Shown in pieces: positions 13,276-25,780 of a stretch of 64,000 bases of DNA (positions within the stretch are counted from its first letter, which is position 1; the number at the start of each line of letters is the position of its first letter). A program made the position numbers and the translations under genes. The DNA is taken from assembly GCA_036785375.1 (NCBI GenBank), contig JAWMAR010000193.1, forward strand, positions 2,232,001-2,296,000. Reading direction: 5' to 3'. The notes below the pieces were generated by a model. It was not told the DNA's origin. It saw only the letters and a program-made list of their open reading frames with translations, and did no database searches. This stretch comes from Leucoraja ocellata. Taxonomy: Eukaryota.

Positions 13276-14470
13276 CCTAAAGGTATATGGAAATATGGTT
13301 ATAAATTTAATCAGTTGGATTGGTATATTTTGGCCAATATCTAACTTCTGCTGACTGGATAAATGTGCTTAAACCAAATAATGAACACTGTGTAAAATGT
13401 AATGGCTGTAAATCAAGGTATGGCCTTATGTTTAGTTATGCACTCATTAAATGGAACTCATCATAAAGCATTGTTATTGATCTAAAAAATGTTAGTTACT
13501 TAACAGTCATACTTTATGATACATTTGTATTTTATATGCCCAGTATAAATAAAGTCATTTTTTTAATGTTTATACTCAATTTCATGTAGTATTGCATCCA
13601 TTTGCATCTTATAATATTATAACATTATGATTTACCACAAAACACTGAAAAATATAAGTGTAATTAATCTCCCAAATATTTGCAAACAACCTTATTTCAC
13701 TGTGCAATCAATAGGGGGAAGATCTAAAATGTGGCTCTCATGATATTTATTGCAATGCCATCACCAACCTTGATACCTTCAAAATATTAAAACTGTAATA
13801 TTGCACTTCAGATGTTCTGCAGTTGTAAATAGTTGGTATGTCCTGGTGTTGTAAGGGCAAAGTAAAAATGGAAGTCCTCCTTTCTTTCCTTGGGGAATGT
13901 CATCAACCAGAAATTCAACTAGACCAGCCATATAAATATTATAACCATGAAAGCAAGTCAAAAGGTAGGTGATTTGTTGTGAATGTCTGACCTATGGAAT
14001 CGAAAAAATTTCCAAAGCAAATAAGAAGTGTGATGGATTTGCTTTCAACTTCTCTGAATACATGGTGTTGCAATAACAGTCAGGGTGATTAGCATGATCC
14101 ATGATACGGCTATTTGCTTGATCAGGGCCCCATCCTTAATCTTAAAATTCCACTCCATCCAAATTCGCCTCCCAGGCTGGGTCTGCAGTCTATCTTATCG
14201 TCAGGACATAATGCAATAAGTTATCTTAAGCTTCAAACCCCAAACTCAAGTCCTCTGCAATGCAGCAGACAAGTACATCAGATGCATAGGACAGCCATCA
14301 CAACTATGTTCCGTTTTAGGCCGTGTATCATTCAAGATTAGACATCTGTCAGCATCCTTGCATTGCTGTGGGTCAAAATCCTGGTGCTCCCTTTCTAATA
14401 CACCAGTGGGTGCCCCTGCACCTTGTAGACTACAGCATTTCAGGAACATGGTTCAACATGTTTCAAAATA

Positions 14471-14739
14471 GGGGCAGCACAGTGGCACAGCGGTAGAGTT
14501 GCAGTCTTACAGCGCCAGACACCCAGGTTCGATCCTGACAATGGGTGCTGTTTCGATATTCTTCCTGTGACCACGTAGATTTTCTCCGGGTGCTCCGGTT
14601 TCCTCGCACATTCCAAAGTCCGCAAATTCTAATTGTCCCTAGTGTGTATGATAAAATTAATGTATGGGGTGATTGCTGGTCAGCATGGACACGGTTGGCT
14701 GAAGGGCCTGTTTCCACGCTGTAATTCTTAAACTAAACA
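14471..14739 (+). mobile_element. HE1-type V-SINE
   Basis: ggggcagcacagtggcacagcggtagagttg...ggttcgatcctg...gaagggcctgtttcc...aaactaaac. Confidence 0.9.
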
Positions 14740-14741
14740 AT

Positions 14742-15501
14742 CACAATAATACTGTATTAGCCAAGTATGTTTTGCAACATACGAGGAATTTCATTTGCCA
14801 AGTCAGTCACACAATAAACAGCAACGGAACACATAAAACACATTTTACCATGAACATCCACCACAGTGACTCCTCCACATTCCTCACTGTGATGGAAGGT
14901 GAAAAAAAATTAAATCTCTTCCCTTAGCTCTCCTGCGGTCGGGGGCCACGAGCCCTCTGTTGACCGGACGATCCTGACTTCCGTAGCCGGCGGTGTTTGG
15001 GCCCTCCGTGTCGGGGCGATCAGCTCCTGCATCAGGGGGATGTCAGCTCCTCTGCGCCACCGATCGAACCCCGCGTCAGTGTTGATCGAACCTCCCGCGA
15101 CGTTGTAGCTTCCCGACTCGGCCTCTCCCAAGACTGCTAGCTCCCGATGTAAAGTCCGCAGGCGGCGGTTGGACCGATCCCAGGGAAGGGATCGACTCCG
15201 ATGTTAAGTCCACACCCCATGGGGGCACTCAAGGTCAGTCCGAGGAGGCCTCCAGCTTCATCGGTGGTAGGCCGCAAAGCGACCGGAGACACGATCCGAA
15301 ATGTAATCGCCTCTCCAGCAAGGTAAGATCTGAAAAAAAAAACTTTCCCCCGGCCTCACCCCCTCCCCCCACATAAAACAAACCGGAGAACATTTACACA
15401 ATCTTTTAACATATTAACACAAATTAAAAATTAAAAAAAGATGAAAAAACAGACAGACTGTAGGGGGGGCTGCCAATCGCGCTTGCCCCTGGTGGTGGAC
15501 C
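14742..15501 (-). mobile_element. Non-coding retroposon with CpG-rich body and LINE-like 3' tail
   Basis: GC/CpG-rich core at 14925-15320 and a hairpin at 14857-14896 shared with 50840-50874. Flanked by aaactaaaca at 14730 and 15502 (TSD-like). Confidence 0.6.
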
Positions 15502-15650
15502 AAACTAAACATCGTCTACCAGACAGCAAGTTTGGTGGACCAAACTAAACATCATCTACCAGACAGCAAGTTTGGTGGACCAAACTAAACATCGTCTACC
15601 AGACAGCAAGTTTGGTGGACCAAACTAAACATCATCTACCAGACAGCAAG
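15494..15650. repeat. 40-bp tandem minisatellite, ~3.9 copies
   Basis: Unit ggtggaccaaactaaacatc[g/a]tctaccagacagcaagttt, with variants alternating g,a,g,a. Confidence 0.95.
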
Positions 15651-15734
15651 GATTAGTCACTATGCAAAATTTGCTAGATGAGACCAAATCCCAGGACTAC
15701 ATTTTAAAATTATTGGATAATCCAGATATCTTAA

Positions 15735-15976
15735 AACCCCTGTCCCACTGTACCAGTTCATTCAAGAGCTCTCCCAAGTTGAAATGTTGAAAAATCTTCA
15801 CGAGTCTTCCCGAGCTTACCATGTTTCCCGAGTACCTGCCGTTAGCGTTACGAGCCACTAAGAGACGTCCCCGAGCTCCAACATACCCGCTACGTACATT
15901 CTATGTGCTTCCACGAGTGTTTTTTTTTAAAACTCGGGAGAGCCCTTGAATGAACTCGTACAGTGGGACAGGGCTT
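15735..15976. mobile_element. PIF/Harbinger-like MITE
   Basis: ~46-bp TIRs (aacccctgtcccactgtac... / ...gtacagtgggacagggctt) with TAA on both sides. Confidence 0.8.
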
Positions 15977-16550
15977 TAAGGTTAAGTATTTTTTTTAACA
16001 GAAGGGACATCAATCAAATGTGTATGTATTTCATTGCTTTAGCGCACATTACATCAACTCTCATGAATAGATACGATTTAGTTAATAGGAATTATGTACA
16101 GCTTTCAATAAACTATAGATTGAACATTGTAACAATACATTGATATTGATGTAGAAGGTCTGAAAACTAATCTCCATCTGAATTATCACACATCCAGTTT
16201 CTCCAAAGATGCTGCCTGACCTACTGAGCTTTACTCCAGCAATTTGTGTCTTTTTAGATACAATGCACTACAATACAGGTAACTATATTTTGCACCCTAT
16301 GTATATCCTCCCCTTTGCTCTATCATGAGTTTGGCTTGATTATAGTTATGTACGGTGTATCTGAGCTGTTGGATAGCATGCAAAACAAAGCCTTTCACTA
16401 GCCTGACCTAAAAATATTTTGACGTGACAATAACAAACCTAAACTTAAACCTAAACCAAAAACCTAAACTAGATACCTAATTAGCAGATTTCAGGAATAT
16501 TTGAAATGAAGACAAGACAAATTGCATAAAAATAATAAAAAACACTATTA

Positions 16551-16682
16551 AGGGGTGTCGGGGGTTATGGGGAGAAGGCAGGAGAATGGGGTTAGGAGGG
16601 AGAGATAGATGAATGGCGAAGTAGACTTGATGGGCTGAATGGCCTACTTCTGCTCTTATTAGTTATGACCTTATGACCTTAC
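16551..16682 (+). mobile_element. CR1/HER1 3' tail
   Basis: ggggttatggggagaaggcaggagaatgggg...ggctgaatggcct with a (tatgacct)n tail. Confidence 0.8.
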
Positions 16683-17722
16683 TGTGAAAGCTGCGATGAT
16701 TCAATAATTCACTGCCAACCAAGTCTGGTGACCATAAGACTGAGACTAATTTTATGGAGATTTTATTTGCAACTACATCCTACTGACTGCATGGTCCGGG
16801 ATAAATTACAGTGGTTCTGTTGGGAGAAATGTCTGTAAATGTTGCCATCAGTTTTTGTTTCCTCAGCTTTTGGAACAGAAATTAGTTTTGCTTGCTATAT
16901 AATGGACAATTTACTCTAAGACCAGTTGCAAGCCCCACTCTGCATCCAGCTCACTGGCCCATACAGTTTTGAAAAGGCACAGATAACTTTAATTTGCAGG
17001 ATGCACCCCATCAGTCCCAATAGCCACCAAAAGCAAACAAAACACGTCAGCAGAACCCTTCAGATATATTGCCTGAAACATTATCTCCCATGTCCTGTGC
17101 CCCATGGCCTCAAAATTTAATCAGCACAGGAGTCTTTTATTGCCTTGTACATTGGGTAAATGTAAATTATTGCTGGTGTGATCTAACATGGATTGGCACA
17201 GTCAAAATTTACACTGTGAGCAGCGCAAATTAAGTAGTTTTAAAATGCACTTATGACTGACTGCGGCTACCATACCATCATTTAGCATTGTAGTGCATTC
17301 ACTGAAAATGTGAATAGAGAGGCAAAGTGAGATTAAGCATAGCCTGCGGCTGTGAAATAACAAAAGACCCATAGATGTGATTTGTTTTTTTTAGTAACAT
17401 TTCAAGTAGCAGCTCTTCAAAAGCACAAGCTTCATCACAAACCAAAAGTATACTGCAAGCAGACACAAAATGCTTGAATCCAGCATCTGCAGTTCCTGGT
17501 GTCAAACAAACTCATATGTTGTGGTAGAGGCAAGTGCAGTATCAGTATAAACTTTGCTGTCTGTTTGGTCATTTTCGGCAACAAATGTATTTCATTTGTC
17601 CACATGCCTATTTTAGCCTTGTTGTATTTAAAATGTTAATTAAAAGATAAACATAAAAGGGGATGGTTTACCAATTAAATATAAATTCCCTTTTCTCTCT
17701 GTCTAATAAATAGATATTAAAA

Positions 17723-17758
17723 GGGTCTGAAGAAGGGTTTTGACCCGAAACGTTGCCT
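17723..17758 (+). ncRNA. Minimal type I hammerhead ribozyme motif (Penelope-associated)
   Basis: gggt-CTGAAGA-a-GGGT tttg ACCC-GAAA-CGTT-gcct: complete core, helix II, palindromic ACGT helix III, and a 4-bp helix I with wobbles. Confidence 0.65.
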
Positions 17759-18799
17759 ATTTCCTTCGCTCCATAGATGCTGAGTTTCTCCAGCATTTTT
17801 GTCTAAGTAGATATTAAAGTTGTGAAAGTAGATTGTCCCAATTGAGCTACAATTTTAATTGTAAAATAACTGATGCTTAAATTTATCCAAATAAATCCCA
17901 TAGAATAATTGAAAGTTTTAGCCTTCTGAGATTGTTAAAAACATATATGTTTCAGATTGAATGATGGGATGTACCATGTTATTCCAAGTTCACTGACAAG
18001 ATGTACAGATAGCAGAATTTTGGTGTGATTAGAAAAAAAGACCCAAGGAAGAGAAAATACTGCCTGGGACATATCTGGGACATATGACTATAATCTATCT
18101 GGGATATATGACATTAAAACACTCTTGATGAGTGATCAGTCTCAATGGGTGGGAAACTGAAAGGTGAATGGGTGGAGAGGAGAGGCTGTGTGGCAGTGGA
18201 AGTTGCACAGTTATCTGGAGAACTCGTCAATAAATGCTAACAACTGCGGGATTGAACAGATATGTCGATAGGCAGTGCCAGCCTGCAGAAGTGTGCATGA
18301 TCACTCATTATATTGAATAACAAGGAGTGTGTTTTGGTTGTTTTAAAAAAATGTTGGCCAGGAAGTCTGGACTCTAGTCAATTCTAGACTAGGAGCCTTC
18401 TTGAATGTGGTCCAAAACTGAGGCTTCTGACCAGGTGTTGAGCACCTGCTACATAGGAGGCTACAAGTGTCATAACGTGGAAATTAGGAAAGATAGTAGA
18501 CCAAAGATGAGAAGATAGGAATCAGTCTTCACATCCTTGTGATAAATGACTGCCCTTGATTTCATTAACTGCAAATGGATGCGTAAATTTGACAAATGTT
18601 TAGAGCTTGCAACCAAAACACATTCCTTCCATACATCTTTTCCTTTTAAGGGATATTGGAAGGATTCAATACCAATCCCTAATTTCCCTTAGGTAGATTG
18701 TGGTTAGGTGAATTAGTGTTATTAAAACCCCTGTTGTGAAAGAGAAACTGCAGGATTTTCAGGAAAGGAATTCCAGGATTTTGGGCCAGTAAGAATTCA

Positions 18800-19900
18800 A
18801 GGGTCAAGAGTGTCAAGGGTGCTTAATTGTCATATGTACTGGGAATGGAACAATGGAATTCTTACTCGCTTCAAGTTAACAGGCCTGTAACCTCAATACC
18901 CGCAGGTAAATATATAATAATGAAATAAATTGATAACAATAGTAGGTAACCATAATAGTGCAAAATTAAAGTCCATAGTACAACCAAAGACACAGTCCAT
19001 AGAAGATCATAGATGCTGAGATTACTGTTCTATCGTGTGCAAGTGCCTGATGATTGCCAAGAAGACGCTGTCCTTGAACTTGGTGGTCAGAATTTTCAGG
19101 CTCTTGTATCATCTTCCCAATGGAATAGCAAAATAAGAGCGTGGCCAGGGTGATGTGATGATATTGGGTGCCATTTTGAGGCATTGTCTCTTATGGATTC
19201 CTTTCAATGTGGGGAGATTAGAACCTGTGATGGGCCAGACAATGTCTACCACTGTCTGTAGTCTCCTTCATTCCTGGATGTCCAACTTACCAAACCAGGT
19301 CATGGTGCAACCAATCAGGATGCTCTCTATTGTATGCCTGTAGAGGTTCAATAGAGTATTTGTCGACTAATCTAATTGCTATTGGTTTAATATTATCATG
19401 CGTACCAAGATATGGCGAAAAGCTTTCTTTTGCATGCTATCCATACAAGAGTACATCATATCATGAAAAAAAGAAAATAAACAGAGTGCATAATATATTG
19501 TTACACCCACTGAGAAAGTGCAGATTAGAAAAGTTCAAGTAACAGCGGGAAAGAAGATGTTCTTGAATCTGGTGAAATGTACTTTCAAGGTTTTTTAATT
19601 TCTACCTGATGGGAGAGTGGAGAAGAGAGAATGACTGGGGTGTGAGTTGCCATTGATTGTATTGGCTGTTTTTCAAAGGCAATGTGAAGTGTAGATAGAA
19701 TTGATGGTGGGGAGGCTGGTTGCATGATGGACTGGGCTACATTCACAGACAGAGCTATTGCCATACCAAGCTATAATGCATTTTTATAGCATGTTTTCTT
19801 TGGTGCATCTGTAGAAATTGGTAAGAGTCATTGGAGACATGCCAAATTTCTTTAGCCTTCTGAGGAGGTGGAGGCATGATATATTTTCTAGGCTGAAATG
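18800..19900 (-). mobile_element. Cluster of Rex1/Babar-like LINE 3' fragments
   Basis: (tcaagag)n tail plus ttgtcatatg, and ttcaggctcttgtatcatcttccc, the antisense of the LPSGRRYRSL motif. A second fragment starts near 19380. Confidence 0.65.
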
Positions 19901-20224
19901 TGAATGTTGTTGGACCAATGGTGAAAGTGACATAATTTTCCCCGGTCAACAGGGGATTTCTCAGGTAACGAAATTCTCGTTTGCTTTCTCCCGTATCACC
20001 AATATTCCATTTCATGTTCTCCTCCTCTCCCTCTTTCTCTGCATCTTACCACCAATTAGAAGGACATTAACCTGAAATGTTTGTTCTAACTTTCTTCATA
20101 GATGTTGTGTGACCTGTTGAGTCCTCCCAGTATTGACCTACTTCATTACAATGTCTTTTTACTCCCATGTGGGTACATTGCAGGCCCACTTTTCCCCGGT
20201 GTTTGTGGGTACTGCTAAGTCATT

Positions 20225-20520
20225 ATATAAAGACGTTTGAGAGTCAAACACATCACTGTGAATCTGGAGTCACAGATAGAACTGGCTCAAAAACGAGGGC
20301 AGATTTCTGTCCCCGCAGGACATTAGTAAACCAGATGTTTTTTTATGACAATCTAGCATTTTCATTACTGATATTAGCTTTTTATTGCAGGTTCTTTAAT
20401 TAACTACATTTAAATCCCCCAGCTGCTGTGGTGGGATTTGAACTCCTGTCTCCAGATCATTAGTCTCGGCCACTGCATTGCTAAAGCAGGTAAAATTATT
20501 ATTACACTACAGTGCCGCAT
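20225..20520 (-). mobile_element. tRNA-derived SINE (second, older family)
   Basis: gcagatttc..ggacattagtaaaccagatg..gtggtgggatttgaactc; homologous to 24300-24612 and 62885-63195. Confidence 0.6.
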
Positions 20521-21159
20521 CAGTACCACCATAGAAGTGCTATTCCACCTGATCCCGTTTTCTGCTTCTTGACTCATCGTCTTGTAAATGATGACAATTC
20601 AGGTCCATATCCAAATGTTTCTTAGGTGTACTGAAAGTTTGTGCCTCCCCTATGCTTTTGAGAAAAGAGTTCTTGATCTTCACTTTCTTCTGAATGAAAA
20701 AAAAAAATCTTCCCTGTTTGATCTGTTAATCACTTTAAATCAACCCAACGGTATGAATGCTGACAACATGAAGGTATGATCATTGAATTCTCTAATTGTA
20801 GATAACAACACACCCCCAATCTCCTCAAATTATTTCCCCTTTCTTTCCTGTGCCCTACCCAGATGCGCATCCATTTAGTTTAGTTTAGTTTATTGTCACG
20901 TCACGTGCAGCGAGGCACGGTGAAAAGATTTGGTTGTGTGCTCATCAGTCAGTGGAACGACAACACAGGATTACAATTGAGCCATTCATAGTGTACAGAT
21001 ACATGATAAGGGAATAACATCCATTTCTCCCACTATATTGCCCCCACGCCCCTCTCCCCTCTCCCCTTGCCCCTGTCTCTTTCCACCTATATCTCTTCCT
21101 CTGGCTTCCCATTTCACTTCTCTTCTTTCTTTACCTCACATCCTTCTCTCTCCTTTTAT

Positions 21160-21592
21160 GTTCATAAATTTGTAAGTGATAGAAGCAGGTGGGCCATTTG
21201 GCCCATCGAGTCTACTCCGCCATTTCATCATGGCTGATTTATCTTTTCCTCTCAACCCCATTCTCCAGCCTCCTCCCCATTACCCTTGACACCCGTACTA
21301 ACCAAGAATCTATCAATCTCCACCTTAAAAATACCCAATGACTTAACCCCCACAGCTGTCTGTGGCGATGAATTCCACAGATTCACCACCGTCTGACTAA
21401 AGAAATTCCTCTTCATCTCTATTCTTAAGGTCGTCCTTTTATCCTGAGGCTGTGCCCTCTGGTCCTAGACTCTCCCACTAGTGTAAACATCCTCTCCACA
21501 TCCACTCTGGTCAGGCCTTACACTATTCGGTAAGTTTCAATGAGATGCCCTCTCATCCTTCTAAACTCCAACGAGTAGAGGCCCAGTGCTTG
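21160..21592 (-). mobile_element. CR1/HER1 ORF2 3' end
   Basis: Antisense GLYSLEFRRMRGHLIETYRI and a CR1 3' UTR. Confidence 0.85.
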
Positions 21593-21944
21593 TTTCAGAT
21601 CATTCAGGTCGGGGGGGGTGGGGGAGTTCCCCCCGCCACGGGTGCCATGTAATCCCATGCTACCTGCTCCATGGTCGGATAGTGGGTGACTAAACCGTCT
21701 TCCCCACCTGGTTTGCAGGTGAGGAGGGGGCTGTGGACCCCCAGCAGGACCAAAGAAAAGACCTGTTAAGGAGCGGATGAGCTCCTTGCGAGTCAACGGC
21801 CATCCACACTTCAGTAGAAGTTGCAATCGTTGTCATACATAGTATTGTATGGCACCGTGCCCGTTGATGTTTTCAATGATGATAATGGTGCTTGTTTATG
21901 GTTTCATGCCTGTACTTTGCCCACTAAAACCCTGTTCACCTGTT

Positions 21945-23070
21945 TCAACATCCTTGGTGCTACCTCCTGCACCCACACACAACTCACTAACTTCATTAAC
22001 TTCGCCACTACCTTCCATCTGGCACTCAAATACACCTGGGCCATTTCCGACATTTCCCTACCATTTCTTGACCTCACTATGTCCATCGCAGGTGATAGAC
22101 TTTTGACCGACATCCACCATAAACCCACTGACTCCCATGGCTATCTAGACTACACTTCTTCACACCCTGCTTCCTGTAAGGACTCCATCCCCAACTCCCA
22201 ATTCCTCCGTCTAAGCCGCATCTGCTCCCAGGATGAGGTGTTCCACACCAGGGCATCGGAAATGTCCTCATTTCTTCAGAGAACGGGGGTTCCCCTCCCC
22301 TAACATAGATGAGGATCTCACCAGGGTCTCTTCAAAACCCTGCAACACTGCTCTCTCTCTCCATCCCCCCACTTGGAACAAGAGCAGAGTCCCTCTAGTC
22401 CTCACCGTCCACCCCACTAGCCGCCAAATACAACAAATAATCCTCCGTCATTTTCACCACCTCCAACATGATGCCACCGCTCGCCACATCTTCCCATCTC
22501 CCCCCCCATCTGCTTTCTGCAAAGACCACTCCCTCCATAACTCCCTGGTCAATTCTTCCCTTCCCACCCTTCACACCCCCTCCCCAGGCACTTTCCCTTG
22601 CAACCGCAGGAGATGCTACTACACGTGTTGCATTACCTCCTCCTTCGACTCCATTCAAGGACCCAAGCAGTCCTTCCAGGTGTGACAGAGGTTCACCTGC
22701 ACCTCCTCCAACCTCATCTATTGCATCCGCTGCTCTAAGTTTCAGCTGATCTACATCGGTGAGACCAAGCGTAGCCTTGGCCATCGTTTCGCTGAACACC
22801 TACGCTCGGTCCGCATTAACCAACCTGATCGCCATGTGGCTCAGCACTTCAACTCCCCCTCCCATTCCGAATCCAACCTTTCTGTCCTGGGCCTCCTCCA
22901 TGGCCAGAGTGAGCACCACCGGAAATTGGAGGAGCAGCACCTCATATTCTTGGGCAGTCTGCACCCCAGCGGCTTGAACATTGACTTCTCCAATTTCCGG
23001 TAGTCCTTTCTGTCTCCTCCCTTTCTCAGCTTTCCCTCAGCCCTCTGGCTCCTCCACTTCCTTTCTTCAG
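21945..23070 (+). mobile_element. Penelope-like element: RT C-terminus and GIY-YIG endonuclease (pseudogenised)
   Basis: LPFLDL..KPTDSHGYLDYTSSHP..SIPNSQFLRLSRICS, then NLIYCIRC..IYIGETKRSL..RFAEHLR, with frameshifts and stops. Confidence 0.9.
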
Positions 23071-24299
23071 CACAAGTCGATAGAAGTTTCGTGGGATCCC
23101 GTACATTATCGTGAAGTTTTTTTTTCAATGGGAAAAGCGAGTTTCCAGCTGAAAAAGCACAAATTCCATCATTAAAAAATTCCAAGCTTTTGTGTCTCTC
23201 AGCTCAGGCTAACCCAATCTGCATTAGCTCAGGTTTCTGGCCTGCGTTTGCACTTATCTATAATGTTAAGACCACCTCTAAATGGAAAAAATGACAGTGC
23301 TGGCCCCACATTGATGTTGAGCGGTCAGTACACTTTGCAAGAAACCCCTATGGATTACAAAGTAAAATAACTTTGCATAAAACATTTGTCAATCTGACAT
23401 TAAGAGCAAACTCACCAATTGCATTCCGTGTCAGCAAAGTTGCAACGAAAGGGGTGTTTTACTGAAGCCGATTGCTGATTTCTTTATGTTTTTGCTCTTT
23501 ATGATTCCAAGCAGATGTTAAGGTTACAGGTAGTATTTTAAACAAACGGAGAGGCTTCCTGTGTCTCCAAAAATATATTTGTGTAATATCTAGGGACTAC
23601 CTTCCTCGGTTTAAAGCACTCACTGGAGGATCAGTGCTTACGCAACAGTTTCAACTGTGTTTTTGCCAACAGATTTCTTTGCCAACCCTCAAATCACCAG
23701 AGACTAGCTAATCAACATTGTTTTCAAATGGAAAACAGATTTCTACCAGTTTAAAATGGAGTGCTTTGATTTGATAATGGGGGAACTGAAATGAACAATG
23801 ACTGGTGGAGTTCATATCCAAAATCTTTTTTCAGTTGTTTGTGTGTGGAGAAAGAAATGAGAGCCTTTATACTCCCACGTTCTTCACTTTAACTGAGTTA
23901 TTGTTTTGCTTGCGTTGATTGAGATGTCCTTCCAAACTGTTTCAGTTCAATCACGTAAAGGAGACATCCTCGTCTTCAGATATAAATGGATTACCTTTGG
24001 CATTCTCAATTACAAACCTAAAGCACTTTTGTTTTGATTCCAGAGGAATAAATGCTTTACTAGCTTTCCCACACCTCTCCACCATTTTCATTTCAATCCC
24101 CATTCTGTTCTCTGTCAGGCACCAGGGGGAAATTTTTAACCACAAAATGCAGCTTAAGCCTTTCATGACTCCCACATGTACTTCACAAAGTGCAACTGAT
24201 TATTTTATGACAGCAATATTTTATGACAGCTGCTCTTACTTTACAACATTGATTGCACTTCAAAAAGTACTGTACTTTATTGGTTTCAAAATGTTTGGT

Positions 24300-24612
24300 G
24301 AACTGGTTATTATTTTACTTGTTCAGCCGCAGGTTCCAGACATCATTAGCAAGGCCAGTGCTCATTCCTACTTGCTCTTGAATTGAGTGTCTTAGCCATT
24401 TCAGTTAACCCCTGGGTCACATGTCGTTCAGGCCAGGTAATGAAGGCCGATTCCTTTCACTGGAGGACTTCAGCGAAACATATGTGTTTCTTTGTGAGCT
24501 GTGTGGTCATCGATACTTGTACTTTTTTTTAAATATTCCTGATTTATTTAATCCCTCCAATTTAAATTCCCCAGCTGCAGTGGCAGGATTCAGATCCATT
24601 TCTCCAAATCAA
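24300..24612 (-). mobile_element. tRNA-derived SINE (second family)
   Basis: Homologous to 20225-20520 (aaattccccagctgcagtggcaggattc). Confidence 0.6.
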
Positions 24613-25106
24613 TACGTCAAGTCAAGTCAAGTCGAGTGGATCTTAACCCAGCAATTTTGACAAACAATACCTTATGTAAGGCTGAAAAAAGCAAGCACTT
24701 AGAGTATGCAGCAGAAATTTTGGAGAATTTGGTTTCCAACGTTGTACAACTGAGATGCTCTTTATAAGCTCTTACCCTGGCCAAGATTTGGCCAGTCCAC
24801 CTAAATTCTATCATTTTAGTTGAACAATTATTTACCAATTCTTCAAAGTGTATTGGGACGACTAACTATTTAAACATTTCTACTCAAATGAAAGTTGTTC
24901 TTTGGGTTCTTCTTCCAGTTTGCCACTGTAAATCCAGAGTGTTTGGGTTTCCTTATCTTAAAAATGATCCATGGACAAAACTGAAGGCTAAAATGCCAAA
25001 TCAGATTATCATTCTGGTCCAATGAAGATTGGAAATAGACAGCAATGTCTTGTTGGTAGGGGGTTGAGGGAGACCTGCTAGAAGTATAAAAATGTATATA
25101 AAATCA

Positions 25107-25417
25107 GGGAGGCATGGTGACGCAGTGGTAGAGTTGCTGCCTTACAGCACCAGAGATGCGGGTTTCATCCTGTCTATGGGTGCTGTCTGTACGGAGTTTG
25201 TATGTTCTCCCCATGACCCTGTGGGTTTTCCCTGAGGTGCTCCAGTTTCCTCCCATATTCATAAGGTGTGCAGGTTTGTAGCTTAACTGTCATCGTAAAA
25301 GTTTGTAAAGTGTGTAGGATAATGCTAGTGTATGGGGATCGCTTGTTGGCGTGGACTCCGTGGGTCGAAGTGCCTGTTTCCGCACTGTATCTCTAAACTA
25401 AACTAAATTAAACTAAA
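25107..25417 (+). mobile_element. HE1-type V-SINE nested in a CR1 fragment (~25060-25550)
   Basis: Full head and (aaact)n tail. CR1 ttgagggagacctg lies before it and ggcatagatagg...ttttacacag after. Confidence 0.85.
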
Positions 25418-25711
25418 GGAAAGGCATAGATAGGCATTTCCAGGGATGAAAATGTCAAAGACCGGAGGACATATCTTGAAGGTGAGAGAGACAAATTTAA
25501 AGATGTACAGGGCAGATTTTTTTACACAGGGAGTGCAAAGTGCTGCTTCAATCATTCACCAGCTGATGGAACTTTTTTTTTAAATATGCGGGGAATATTG
25601 TAAAAGGATGTGTATGGATAGTGTTTGAGGCTTAAACACATATCCTGACATCCACCTCCAACAATGGCCATGCACTGGAGTTTCAAATAACATGCAGTAG
25701 ATTTGCTTAGT

Positions 25712-25780
25712 CCCCCCCCCCCCTCCCCTCCCCCTCCCCTCCCCCCTTCCCCCCCCCCTCCCCCCCCCTCCCCCCACCCC
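25712..25780. repeat. Poly-C/G low-complexity tract (G-quadruplex potential on the - strand)
   Basis: Runs of C separated by single T or A. Confidence 0.9.

Noticed and set aside
15482-15497. CTCF site (ccaccaggggcaag on the minus strand)
   Set aside because: It is one G short of the core consensus and cannot be supported from sequence alone.
15494-15650. CRISPR-like array
   Set aside because: The units are contiguous near-identical 40-mers with no unique spacers, there are no cas genes, and the context is vertebrate.
23919-24386. 155-aa ORF
   Set aside because: It has a non-ATG start, no motifs or splice support, and runs into a SINE.
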